Positions 47,500 to 57,175 of a stretch of DNA of 64,000 nucleotides are shown in pieces. The stretch is from an uncultured Gammaproteobacteria bacterium (GTDB lineage: Bacteria > Patescibacteriota > Microgenomatia > CAYXHB01 > CAZYTL01): NCBI GenBank assembly GCA_964650355.1, contig CAZYTL010000006.1, positions 11,019-75,018 of the forward strand. The letters are read 5' to 3'. Every line of letters begins with the position of its first letter. Position 1 is the stretch's first letter. Below the pieces are notes generated by a model. That model had not been told where the DNA came from and made no database searches. It worked only from the letters and a program-made list of their open reading frames with translations. The position numbers were made by a program, and so were the translations under genes.

Positions 47500-49449
47500 C
47501 TATACTGGGATGCCTGGAGGAGGTGGTGCGGTAACTGCTTTGATTCGTTCTAGTCGCTTTTTGTCTTTGAAGGCGGCGGTTAATGTCTGTCCTAATTCCT
47601 GAGCATCATGAGCAAGGGTTGATTTCTCGGTTACTTTTCCAGCAGCGGTTTCTGTCGTAGGAACAATTTTTTCGACAGCTTTTTCAGCCAGACCTGGTTC
47701 GGGCGCGTTTAATTTTTGGAGCGTATTATCTACAATTCGATAGCCGATAAGAGCTGGTTGTTGTGCTTGGCGTAAACCATCGTTAACCCGTTCATCAACA
47801 TCGTGGGTGCCTCTAAGTAAGGCAACTACTGACATGACTGCGATACTTTCGGCTTCAAGCTGCGTTGCTCCAGCATGTTCAGATGCGGCACTAAGGAGAT
47901 GGATAATTTCTAGCCCGTGATGGCTTTGCATCCAAGAAGCCCAATGATCGTAAGCGAGACCGTTCGCAAAACGGATGGCTTCATTGATATCGGGATGCTC
48001 GCTAATTCTTCCCGGAATAACTTGCCTTTTCTTGCCTCCTTCTGGCTGATAATCTGGTGCAGCGGCAGCCAGTTCTCTTACAGAATCGCCAACTTGATCA
48101 AGAGCGTCGCTTCCTAATTTATCACTGTTGTCATTAACGACTCTGACTTCCACAGATGCAGCATAAAGAGAAAGTGCTCTTTTGGCCACTTCTTGGGCAT
48201 GATTCCTAGCTTCAGGTGATTTTATACCTTCAGGCCCGAGTAACTTTTCAACGTTGGCAGGATCGGCCAGAAATTCTGCGGCTTTTACGGATGAGAAACC
48301 TTCAGTGTCGGGTTCCTTTTTACTTTCTAAACCGTCTTCGAGAGCTCCGGCTAGATAAGCGATGGCTGTCATTTGATCTTTTAATTGTTGTTGTTCTGCG
48401 AGCTTTTCTCCATTTCGTTTGTCGTTTTCATCCAATTTAGTGGGGCGCATCATGACTTCGGTTTCTCTCTGGGTGAACCATTCCTTTAACACTCCTTGAC
48501 TTCTCTCAAATCTTGCTCCGGTAAGCGGGACAACCTTGATAGCTTCTTGGGATAATAGGCGCATGCGTTTGAGTTCCGCCTGGTCGGCTCCTATTCTTCC
48601 TTGTCTATCGGCTAAATCTATTAAAGGGACATTGTCGGCTGTATCCGGATCCTTATCAATATAGGTAGCCATTCTAACTCGTTCTGCAGGCAGTTCATGC
48701 ACCGGATCGAGTTTAGCCTCAGAGAGAGGAGAATTTTCACCACTGAGAAAGATGCGATAGAATGCCATCCTGGTCGTATCTACCGTTCTGGCTACTTGAT
48801 CAGAATCTTTTATTTTGATTTCTTTCAGGCCTTGGCGACAATCAGCGACAAGCTTGGCTTCTTTACTAGCAATTGTGCCTTCAACAATGGTCTTCCAGCG
48901 ATTATTGAGCTCGGCTCTCGCAATACCAGATTCAGGAGAGAGGGTGTAGGTGGCCACAAATTCGTTGACAGCTTGGCTGTTATCAACAGCATTAGCTACA
49001 GTACCTTCAAGTTCACCTGCGCGTTCTTTCTGAAGGATAGCTATCACGTCCTCTTCGGCGGCGCGATAAGCTTGACGGTAGGCTTCAATCTTACCTTGAT
49101 ACCCCTCAAGTTGATGCGCGAGCTGGCCGTACCGTTTTTCCCCATTTAGTTCTACGAGTCTTTGATCCTTTTCTTGCCTAAGTTGTTGTTCATAACGTGC
49201 TTGTGCCTCTTGAGGATCTGCAGGCTCAGCGAGGGTGGCCCGATTAGCACCATTCAGCTGGTCGAGGATACGTAAATTGCGAAGAGCGGTTTCTGCTCCA
49301 AGTTTAAATATGTCAACTTCATGTGGTTGCGTAAGGGCGTCAAAGGCAGCGCCGGCTGCTGTTTCTAATTGTGGACTGGTAGCCTCAGGCTGAGGTGCAA
49401 GTCTGGTTATTTTGAATTCCTCTGTTGTTTCTGTGGGTGTTTCGGACAT
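47500..49449 (-). CDS. Large helical/coiled-coil hypothetical protein
   Basis: ~650-aa ORF, likely start MSETPTE. Confidence 0.85.
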   Translation of the reverse strand: MSETPTETTEEFKITRLAPQPEATSPQLETAAGAAFDALTQPHEVDIFKLGAETALRNLRILDQLNGANRATLAEPADPQEAQARYEQQLRQEKDQRLVELNGEKRYGQLAHQLEGYQGKIEAYRQAYRAAEEDVIAILQKERAGELEGTVANAVDNSQAVNEFVATYTLSPESGIARAELNNRWKTIVEGTIASKEAKLVADCRQGLKEIKIKDSDQVARTVDTTRMAFYRIFLSGENSPLSEAKLDPVHELPAERVRMATYIDKDPDTADNVPLIDLADRQGRIGADQAELKRMRLLSQEAIKVVPLTGARFERSQGVLKEWFTQRETEVMMRPTKLDENDKRNGEKLAEQQQLKDQMTAIAYLAGALEDGLESKKEPDTEGFSSVKAAEFLADPANVEKLLGPEGIKSPEARNHAQEVAKRALSLYAASVEVRVVNDNSDKLGSDALDQVGDSVRELAAAAPDYQPEGGKKRQVIPGRISEHPDINEAIRFANGLAYDHWASWMQSHHGLEIIHLLSAASEHAGATQLEAESIAVMSVVALLRGTHDVDERVNDGLRQAQQPALIGYRIVDNTLQKLNAPEPGLAEKAVEKIVPTTETAAGKVTEKSTLAHDAQELGQTLTAAFKDKKRLERIKAVTAPPPPGIPV

Positions 49450-49509
49450 CTTGAGTGTGAGTATGGCTGAAAAGGGGAATTGTGTCAAGCGCCAGCGTGT
49501 CTGATTTAT

Positions 49510-50124
49510 TTAAATCCGGTAATCCATGATAGGCACCAAGGTTCTTTCAACTGGGGAAATAGCCAACCTACCTTCGCTCAATTCGGCGAGAATTTGGGCG
49601 GCATGCAAGACAGCAATGTGGGGTTTTGCCTGATAAGTACAAACGACATCATCAGTCAACCTTTGTTCAGGAGTTCTAGAGTCAAAAGATGGACCTAGAA
49701 ATATATCGACTTTTGGTGATGGCCCAAAATTAAGCCCCTCAAGCTGAAGTCGAGACTGGCTTTCTCTGAGAGCCGTTGTTAATTCTTCATCTGAGACTTT
49801 TTGTTCGTTATTGCGTGCTGTATCTGCTTGGCGAAGAAAGTGCATCATATAATTTCCCATAGTAAGTCTGTATCCTGTCAGAATTAATTGTCTTGCCTGA
49901 TCAGGCGATAAACCGTCTATAGGTAAGTTTCTTTCTAGCTCTCTATGCCTAATGGCACGAGCTTCAGACAAGAATTGATGATCTGTTTCTGAAGAATGAG
50001 TGAATGGGGAGATGTCTGGACACCCAACTCTATCACCGATAAAAGCTCTTACTACCTTTCTGTTCTGATCAATCCAGTAAGAATAAGGTTGAGATCTATT
50101 TTCTCTTGACTTGTTGTTCAACAT
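49510..50124 (-). CDS. Hypothetical protein
   Basis: 204-aa ATG ORF; TTGACA on the minus strand at 50175-50180. Confidence 0.7.
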   Translation of the reverse strand: MLNNKSRENRSQPYSYWIDQNRKVVRAFIGDRVGCPDISPFTHSSETDHQFLSEARAIRHRELERNLPIDGLSPDQARQLILTGYRLTMGNYMMHFLRQADTARNNEQKVSDEELTTALRESQSRLQLEGLNFGPSPKVDIFLGPSFDSRTPEQRLTDDVVCTYQAKPHIAVLHAAQILAELSEGRLAISPVERTLVPIMDYRI

Positions 50125-50496
50125 AGTTGTTTGTTTTTGTTTACGACCTATAGTCTACATTATGGAAGAAGATTTGTCAACTTTTAATTTGTTTCAGATT
50201 TAGATTTGATGTTTTAAGGAAAAATTAATAGTTGACAGGGGAGAAGAAATACAGCATATTAGGGAATTGAAAAGACTTCTTCTGCCCGATGCTTCTTTTC
50301 ACAAGTTTGTACCGATGACACTGATCGGGATCAGCGCAGACGGTATCAATTTTTGTTTATACATAATTAAGGTAATTTACTTCACTGGCCGCAATCGGAG
50401 GTGATTGTCTGGAATTAGGAATTATGAATTAGGGGATAGTTGTTGATTGATTCATGATTCTTGATTCATAATTTCATAATTCTTTTTTCGACTTTT

Positions 50497-51921
50497 ATGA
50501 ATTCGAGATTCAGACTCATCAGCAGCGTGCTAGTGATCGGGGTAATCATCGCAGCAGTTTTGGGCGCAAGCAGCGCCTTTTTTAGTGACAAAGAAACGAG
50601 TCCTGACAACACGCTGGTGGCCGGAGCAGTGGATTTGAAGATTGATAACACGAGTTATTACAACGGAGAACCTTCTCCGGACACGAGTTGGACTTTGAAT
50701 GATTTGACGGATCAGTTGTTTTTTAATTTCTTGGACGTGAAGCCAGGGGACAGGGGAGAGGACACGATTTCTTTGCATGTGGATGACAATGACGCCTGGG
50801 CGTGCATGAATGTGGAGTTGACCAAGGATGATGACGCGACTTGTACTGAACCGGAACAAATAGATGATCCCACGTGTGATGAACCGGATGAGCCGGAAGA
50901 TTTGTGGGACGGAGAACTGGGAGGGTTGATTAATTTTATTTTCTGGGGTGATGACGGAGACAATGTGTTGGAGCAAGACGAAACTGATTTGGTATTTAAG
51001 GAAGGCACGGCGTCAGCGGTGCTGGCCAATGGGGTATGGAAGCTGGCTGATTCAACAGGCAATATCTGGGATGAGTTTCAGCATCCTCTGCAGGGAGGCA
51101 AGGATTATTACATTGGCAAGGCCTGGTGTTTGGGCCAGCTGACTGAAGCGCCTCTGGAGCAAGACGGCAAAGGGGCGGATAGCGACAGAACACCCGCGAA
51201 TTCCACAGGCGGAGTGCTTTGTGACGGGTCAGGATTGAACAACGCGGCGCAGTCTGATATTTTGATGGCCAATATCGGGTTTTCTGCGATTCAGTCCAGG
51301 CACAACCCGGACTTTACCTGCGGGGAAAACGGGGGAGAGCCGTGCTTTAAGAAGGCTGATTTGATGTTGGTATTGGATCGGTCAGGCAGCATCAATGATA
51401 CAGAATTGGCAACGTTGAAGACGGCGGCCAAAGCGTTTGTGGATGCGCTGGCATTGTCTGCTAATGGCCCGCATGCCGGGGAGGTGAGTTTTGCGACCAC
51501 GGCCAATCTGGACCAGCACTTGACTGATAATCCGGCATCAGTGAAGGCGGTGATTGACGCTCTGGTGCACAACGGGTTTACTGATTTGAAAGACGCGCTT
51601 GATCTGGCTACCGGAGAGCTGGCCAATCCGGGAGACTTACATGACAGACCTGACCTTGAATCACCTGATTATATTATTTTGATTACTGATGGGAATCCGA
51701 ACCGGCCAGACCCGAACACAGCAGTGGCTGAGGGAAGTGCGGCGGCGACCGCGGCTAAGAATGCAGGGATCACGATTTATGTGGTAGGAGTGGGAAGTGA
51801 TGTGGACACGGCTTATTTGCGGGATGATATTGCCACCGACCCGGCGCACTATTTCGCAGCAAATGATTTTGGAGATTTGTCAACGATCCTGGCAACGATA
51901 GCCCAGTGCCCGAATGAATAG
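50497..51921 (+). CDS. SipW-type signal peptide, TasA/CalY-like domain and vWA domain
   Basis: SSAFFSDKETS..NTLVAG.VDL; DVKPGD.GEDTISLHV; MIDAS DRSGS, LITDG. Confidence 0.88.
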   Translation: MNSRFRLISSVLVIGVIIAAVLGASSAFFSDKETSPDNTLVAGAVDLKIDNTSYYNGEPSPDTSWTLNDLTDQLFFNFLDVKPGDRGEDTISLHVDDNDAWACMNVELTKDDDATCTEPEQIDDPTCDEPDEPEDLWDGELGGLINFIFWGDDGDNVLEQDETDLVFKEGTASAVLANGVWKLADSTGNIWDEFQHPLQGGKDYYIGKAWCLGQLTEAPLEQDGKGADSDRTPANSTGGVLCDGSGLNNAAQSDILMANIGFSAIQSRHNPDFTCGENGGEPCFKKADLMLVLDRSGSINDTELATLKTAAKAFVDALALSANGPHAGEVSFATTANLDQHLTDNPASVKAVIDALVHNGFTDLKDALDLATGELANPGDLHDRPDLESPDYIILITDGNPNRPDPNTAVAEGSAAATAAKNAGITIYVVGVGSDVDTAYLRDDIATDPAHYFAANDFGDLSTILATIAQCPNE

Positions 51922-51926
51922 AGAAT

Positions 51927-52434
51927 CGTTGTGCGTTTCGACGTTTCACGTTTCAACGTTGGTGGTTTTTGTGTTTAAAAGTTATTTATGTCTAGTTCGT
52001 ATCAAGAATTGGATGTGTGGAAGCTTGGTGTAGAACTAGCAGTGTTGGTATATAGAGTAACCAGTCAATTTCCTCAACATGAATTGTACGGCCTCACCAG
52101 TCAAATGCGCAGAGCCTCGGTAGCCGTGGCTTCGAACATTGCGGAAGGTCAAGGCCGGGGATCGAGGAAGGAATTTCGACAATTTTTAAGGATTGCATTT
52201 GGTTCGCTTTTAGAATTAGAAACTCAAGTCGTAATAGCTGAAAGAATTGGATATTTAAATCAAGCTGAGAAGGATAAAATTTTGGAGATGAGCTTGAGGG
52301 TTTAGCAAATGATTTTTAAGTTAGAAAAATCTTTAATAAAGTAAAGTAAGCGTTGCACGTTTCTCGTTTTTCGTTTCGGCATTCGATCGCGAAACTTAAC
52401 GATGAAACGTTGAAACGAGAAACGCGAAACGTTT
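51927..52434. repeat. Inverted arrays of CGTTTC(N) 7-8-mers bracketing the four-helix-bundle gene
   Basis: CGTTTCGA CGTTTCA CGTTTCAA at 51934-51956; CGTTTCT CGTTTTT CGTTTCG and GAAACG x4 at 52358-52431. Confidence 0.75.
51988..52344 (+). pseudogene. Four-helix-bundle protein (23S rRNA IVP family) with a premature TAG
   Basis: YQELDVWK, FPQHELYGLTSQMRRASV..SNIAEG, GSLLELETQ; TAG at 52303 followed in frame by QMIFKLEKSLIK-TAA. Confidence 0.75.
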
Positions 52435-52454
52435 TAGAGAGGAGGTGAGAAAAA

Positions 52455-53327
52455 ATGCAAAAGAGAATTTTATTCAGTTTGATGATTATCGGCATTGTCG
52501 GAGCAGTAGTGTTCGGAGCCACCAGAGCGTTTTTCAGCGACACAGAAACGTCATATGATAATACTTTTGTGGCCGGAGATATTGACTTGCAAATTGACAA
52601 TGAAAGTTACGCCATTGACTACAACATCCCCCAGTATGACGGGACGCCGGTCGGCGCGTTGGTATTGAGCGGACTTACCTCATGGCCGATGGGGGATCTA
52701 GATCTTGAGAAGTTTTTCGACTTTAGAGACCTGAAGCCAGGGGACTACGGCGAAGATACCATTTCCGTGCACGTGGGCAGCAATAATGCCTGGTTGTGCG
52801 CCGCAGCGCAAATCACTGATGATTCAGACCAGACCTGTACAGAACCAGAGTTAGAGGATGATGCCAATTGTGCTGAACCCGGAGAAGGATTGGGCGAACT
52901 TGATGAAGGAGTCAATTTCGCTTTCTGGGTTGATGATGGGGACAACGTGCTTGAATCAGACGAAAAAGGATCGATCTTCCTTAACGGTCCGCTAAGCGGA
53001 TTAAGCGAAGCCGGGCAGATCGCACTGGCTGATTCAGAGCACAGCATCCTAGGCGGTAATGAACCTATTCCCGGAGGAACGACCTTTTATATCGGGAAAG
53101 CCTGGTGCTTTGGAAACCTAACCCCAGATCCAGTTGAACAAGGCGAAGGTGGTCCACTAGATCGGGAAACAACCGGATTTAACTGCGATGGTTCCCAAGT
53201 GAAAAATGCGGCCCAGACCGATCAGGTGGTGGGCGATTTGCAGTTCTACGCAGAACAGTCCCGCAACAATGGTCAATTCCTGTGCAGCAATTGGACGCCA
53301 AACTGGGAGCGGCCAGAAGAACCTTAG
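52455..53327 (+). CDS. SipW-signal TasA/CalY-like protein, core domain only
   Basis: Strong SD; ATRAFFSDTETS..NTFVAG.IDL; DLKPGD.GEDTIS; FWVDDGDNVLE; YIGKAWC. Confidence 0.88.
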   Translation: MQKRILFSLMIIGIVGAVVFGATRAFFSDTETSYDNTFVAGDIDLQIDNESYAIDYNIPQYDGTPVGALVLSGLTSWPMGDLDLEKFFDFRDLKPGDYGEDTISVHVGSNNAWLCAAAQITDDSDQTCTEPELEDDANCAEPGEGLGELDEGVNFAFWVDDGDNVLESDEKGSIFLNGPLSGLSEAGQIALADSEHSILGGNEPIPGGTTFYIGKAWCFGNLTPDPVEQGEGGPLDRETTGFNCDGSQVKNAAQTDQVVGDLQFYAEQSRNNGQFLCSNWTPNWERPEEP

Positions 53328-53349
53328 GACTAACCTAGAACCTGAGTGT

Positions 53350-53444
53350 CTACCGAGCTCTCCTGTCCGATCTGAAGATCAGAGCCGGAGATTCGGTGGG
53401 CAGTCAGAGGTGCGAAGTGTAAGGCTTCGCGCTTGTGACTGCCC
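53350..53444 (+). ncRNA. Putative structured RNA motif, copy 1
   Basis: CTACCGAGCTCTCCTGTCC...GCCGGAGATTCGGTGGGCA, followed by a second hairpin 53398-53444. Confidence 0.45.
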
Positions 53445-53503
53445 CTCCAAAATGTTTCCAGGTTTTTATTAGCTGTTATCTGCTCGGAAGGAGGTGTATG
53501 TAA

Positions 53504-54889
53504 ATGAAAAAGGTGCTTTATAGTATAATGTTGATCGGGATTGTAGGAACTGTAGTTTACGCAGCCACCAATGCCTTTTTCAGCGATACGGAAACTTCGG
53601 TCGGGAATACGTTCGAAGCCGGAGCCATTGATTTGCAGATTGATAATGAGAGCTGGTATAACGGTGAGCCGCGCGAGGATTTATCCTGGGATTTAAGAGA
53701 TTTGACGATTGAAAAGTTCTTTGATTACGCGGATTTGAAACCCGGAGATTGGGGCGAAGATACAGTGAGTCTGCACGTGACCAGCAACCCGGCTTACGCG
53801 TGTGTAGCTTTCCGGATTACGGAAAACAGTGACAACGGGATTACTGAGCCTGAAGACGAAGTTGACGGCAATATTGACCAGGCTGACGGCACGGCTGACG
53901 GTGATCTGGCCCAAGAACTGCATTTCGCTTTCTGGGTAGATGACGGAGACAACGTGCTGGAAGACAATGAGGTTGAATCGCTGGTGGGAGGCCAGGCGGC
54001 TGATGTGTTTGAACAAGGCATATATGCTTTGGCTGATTCCCAGGGCGGGTTGTTTGAAGAAGCGTTGCAGCCGGAAACCGATTATTACATTGGCAAGGCC
54101 TGGTGTTACGGAGACATGAGTCCGGAGCCGGTACCAGCCGGACAAAGCGAGGATCCAAGTGTGGCATCAGGAATTACCTGTAACGGGCAGCCGGTGAGTA
54201 ATATTTCCCAGACAGACAAGTTGGTGGGGGATATTCAGTTCTACGCGGTGCAGACCAGGCACAATGAAGAGTTCCTGTGTAGCAGGGATTATGAACCTAC
54301 ATGGCCAAGACAAATCACGTCAACTACTGGTGACGGCTGGGCAAGCGTGGGTGGAGATTTCACCGAAGCTTGGCAAGCCGACGGTCGCTGGGGTGACGGA
54401 GGGACTTCCAATGCAGAAAATGAAGTTCGTGTTGGACTGGCTGGCGGTGGAAGCCCACAAGCTCAACACCAGAGCGATAACTCTACCGGCCCTTGGAGAA
54501 ATGGGGTAACTGAAAGCTTTACTCTCACCTATGACGGTGGGACTGAAGCAGCCTTGACTATCGGTGATACCACGGCAGATACCACAGTTGACTTACCTTT
54601 GGGTGATGTTCCCGGTGCTAACGGAAAAATCGGGATTACAGTCAAGACTTACGTGGATGATACCGAAGTTAAAGTTGAAAACGTAAAACTTGACGGGATG
54701 TCTCCAGTAGGTCCTGACAGCGTTAGCGAATCAGTCAATGGATCAAAAGAATACCTGGTCATCAGTGGCCTGACAGAGTTGTCTGACGGGTTCACTTTGA
54801 CAGGTGATTTGACATTCACTTGGGGCGGAACAACGCCTTCCTCAGCAGAGGATATGTCCATGCTCATCCAAGTGGAAAATGCGCCTTAG
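53504..54889 (+). CDS. SipW-signal TasA/CalY-like protein with an extra C-terminal beta domain
   Basis: Strong SD; ATNAFFSDTETS.GNTFEAG.IDL; same core motifs; ~190-aa Gly/Thr/Asp-rich tail. Confidence 0.88.
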   Translation: MKKVLYSIMLIGIVGTVVYAATNAFFSDTETSVGNTFEAGAIDLQIDNESWYNGEPREDLSWDLRDLTIEKFFDYADLKPGDWGEDTVSLHVTSNPAYACVAFRITENSDNGITEPEDEVDGNIDQADGTADGDLAQELHFAFWVDDGDNVLEDNEVESLVGGQAADVFEQGIYALADSQGGLFEEALQPETDYYIGKAWCYGDMSPEPVPAGQSEDPSVASGITCNGQPVSNISQTDKLVGDIQFYAVQTRHNEEFLCSRDYEPTWPRQITSTTGDGWASVGGDFTEAWQADGRWGDGGTSNAENEVRVGLAGGGSPQAQHQSDNSTGPWRNGVTESFTLTYDGGTEAALTIGDTTADTTVDLPLGDVPGANGKIGITVKTYVDDTEVKVENVKLDGMSPVGPDSVSESVNGSKEYLVISGLTELSDGFTLTGDLTFTWGGTTPSSAEDMSMLIQVENAP

Positions 54890-54924
54890 TTTTGAGACTA
54901 AGTCTGCCCAATTTAACTTGGAGG

Positions 54925-54987
54925 TTGCCAAGTCTTTGGAGGCTTGGCAATCTGCCGCAGTCCCGAAGGGAATCGGGGTTGCGGCAG
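54925..54987 (+). terminator. Tandem hairpins after the TasA-like genes
   Basis: TTGCCAAGTCT/AGGCTTGGCAA and CTGCCGCAGTCCCGA/TCGGGGTTGCGGCAG; only a weak U-tract follows. Confidence 0.45.
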
Positions 54988-54995
54988 GTTAGTTA

Positions 54996-55359
54996 GAGAT
55001 CCTTCGATCCACCAAATGGCGGACTCAGGATGACATGAATTAATATTAAATTGAGGAATGTCAATTTCCGCAAATTTACCGCGGAATTACCGCAGCCTAG
55101 TGGGTGGGCTGTCAAAGCCTTGATTGAACGTAGGTCTTGTCATTCTGGAACAAGCCAGGTGCCAGAAGATACCTGGCGCAGTGATAGAATCTCGGAGATC
55201 CTATCGGCCCGATAAGAATCGGACCTCCAGGATGACGGAAGGCGTCATGTTAATCAGGGTTTTGACAGCTTAACTACATGATAAATGTGATTTGGAGTTG
55301 TGTACTTTGAGGCTAATTTAGCCTTAAGGGGATCCTATCGCTACGCTCCAGGATGACGG
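54996..55359. repeat. Cluster of GTCAT...ATGAC REP elements
   Basis: Copies at 54996-55034, 55139-55236 (doublet) and 55328-55359. Confidence 0.8.
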
Positions 55360-55482
55360 GGGGAGTAAGTCCTGCTGTTAGTTTAAGCTGGCGACAAGTT
55401 CCTGGACAAAAGTGAAGGGACTTGCAAAAACCTTAGAACCTATCATGGTGAACCGATGCTAAATTCGGTTCTCATGGTTGAT

Positions 55483-55537
55483 CTGCCGAGCTCTCCTGTC
55501 CTGTAAAAAGAGTTTGGTGCCGGAGATTCGGCGGGCA
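55483..55537 (+). ncRNA. Putative structured RNA motif, copy 2
   Basis: CTGCCGAGCTCTCCTGTCC...GCCGGAGATTCGGCGGGCA; compensatory A-U to G-C change relative to copy 1. Confidence 0.45.
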
Positions 55538-55649
55538 ACCACAGTTCTGCAAACCTGTCTGCATGCCGGGTAAAATAGGAGTTGAAGGATTGTGGCAGCC
55601 GAAGTAAAACCTTACTGAGCAATAAAAGGTTATAATTAAGGGGAAACTT

Positions 55650-56000
55650 ATGGCTGTTCTGTTAACGGGAGAGATCCTTGACGAGATAAGGACCAAGGGG
55701 GAGGAGATGGAAATGGGGTATTATTTCCGTCTTGGTCCGGACATTTATATCAGAATCACTAATCCGGAAGAAGAGATCCCGGAAGCAGGTAGAGGTGGCA
55801 TAGAGGAGCGGGTTGATGACTCAGGCACTTACGAAGTACTGAATGACCCGACGATGATGCAATTTATCAGCGATTTTCATGATCCTAGCCGGATTAAAGA
55901 GACCCGAGGTTATTTGCTACCTATTTTAGTGCCAAGAGGATTTATGTTATTAACTGCTCAACGGGATTTTTTCCGTAGAATTCCCGAGGAATTTCAGTAG
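55650..56000 (+). CDS. Hypothetical protein
   Basis: 116-aa ATG ORF preceded by TATAAT and AGGGG. Confidence 0.6.
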   Translation: MAVLLTGEILDEIRTKGEEMEMGYYFRLGPDIYIRITNPEEEIPEAGRGGIEERVDDSGTYEVLNDPTMMQFISDFHDPSRIKETRGYLLPILVPRGFMLLTAQRDFFRRIPEEFQ

Positions 56001-56061
56001 CCGTATCACGTAATACGTAGCACGTAACAATATATTAATTCCTGATTCATTGTTAAATACT

Positions 56062-57165
56062 ATGCAGTCTTTACATTACTTATTCAGAATTTTTCAATTA
56101 TTAGTGACTATTTTGGTGGTGGTGTTCGCCGGGGTGCTGATTCTGACGGCTTTGCCGGTGAAAGGGAATATTAAATTGTTAACGGTGCTGTCCGGTTCAA
56201 TGGGGCCCACGATTCCGGTGGGCAGCGCGGTGTTGATCAAGCCGGTTGATCATTACCTAACCAATGAGGTGATTACTTATGCCCGCGGGGGCAATGAAAA
56301 GCAGCTGGTAACGCACAGGATTGTGGCTACGCAGTTTGTGAACGGGGAAAAGCAGTATATTACTAAAGGAGACGCCAACGAGGATCCGGATCCGGCCGTG
56401 GTAAAAGCTGATCAGGTGAAGGGGCAGGTGTTGCTGACGGTGCCGTATCTGGGATATGTGGCGAATTGGATCAAGACGCCGGCCGGGTTTGTGAGTCTGA
56501 TTGTGTTGCCGGCGGCGATTTTGATTTACGGAGAGTTGATGGCAGTGAAAAATGAGATGGTGAGAGCATGGAAGAAAAGGCATTTGGGAGTGCTGGCGTT
56601 GTTAGTGGTGATAGCGGCCGGATGGCAGTTAAACAGTAATACTCAGGCGATGCTGGAAGACAGGGAAGTGAGCGAGATGAATACGATCCAGGCGTGGGTA
56701 GAAGGTACGGCCGTGGAAGTTCAGACGGACGGAACGCAGGAAACAACCCCGACAGGTGAGCCGTCTCCAACGCCTCCTGAAGGAGCCAATTTGGTGATTA
56801 ATGAGTTGTTAGCCAATCCTCAAACAGATTTTACTTATGAATGGGTGGAAATTTATAATCCCACCGGAGCGGATGTGGATCTGACTGACTGGGCGTTGAA
56901 GGATGCGGCAAATCCTGCAAAAAGTTTATCCGGATTAGGGACAATTTCGGCCGGAGGATTTAAGGTTTATAGCGACCATAATTGGTTAAATAATAGTGGG
57001 AGTGAAACTTTGCAATTAATGTTTCCGGGTACCAATGTAGTAGACGAGGTCACATACACTGGCACGTCAGCTGACGTGTCGCATGGTAGGGAAACTGACG
57101 GAGGGCTGCCGTGGAAAGACTGCGGCACGGCAACTCAAGGCAGTTCGAATAATGGCAGCTGCTAA
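56062..57165 (+). CDS. SipW-type signal peptidase I fused to a second SipW-like signal and a lamin-tail-like domain
   Basis: VLSGSMGP, VTHRIV, TKGDAN..PD; then TM-TQAMLEDREVSEMNTIQA; VINELLANP..EWVEIYNP..VDLTDWALKD. Confidence 0.88.
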   Translation: MQSLHYLFRIFQLLVTILVVVFAGVLILTALPVKGNIKLLTVLSGSMGPTIPVGSAVLIKPVDHYLTNEVITYARGGNEKQLVTHRIVATQFVNGEKQYITKGDANEDPDPAVVKADQVKGQVLLTVPYLGYVANWIKTPAGFVSLIVLPAAILIYGELMAVKNEMVRAWKKRHLGVLALLVVIAAGWQLNSNTQAMLEDREVSEMNTIQAWVEGTAVEVQTDGTQETTPTGEPSPTPPEGANLVINELLANPQTDFTYEWVEIYNPTGADVDLTDWALKDAANPAKSLSGLGTISAGGFKVYSDHNWLNNSGSETLQLMFPGTNVVDEVTYTGTSADVSHGRETDGGLPWKDCGTATQGSSNNGSC

Positions 57166-57175
57166 ATGAATCAGG

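Noticed and set aside
50308-50346. Riboswitch upstream of the fibre cluster
   Set aside because: Only one hairpin (GTACCG...CTGATC/GATCAG...CGGTAT) and no recognisable aptamer motif
52303-52305. Genome-wide stop codon reassignment
   Set aside because: TAG, TGA and TAA all end intact genes elsewhere (tkt TAA, dnaK TGA, rplY TAG)
50497-54889. Diversity-generating retroelement (Avd-like four-helix bundle plus repeated sequences)
   Set aside because: No reverse transcriptase in the window; paralogue differences are not adenine-specific
54890-55540. CRISPR array
   Set aside because: Repeats are palindromic REPs of variable length and orientation without regular spacers; no cas genes
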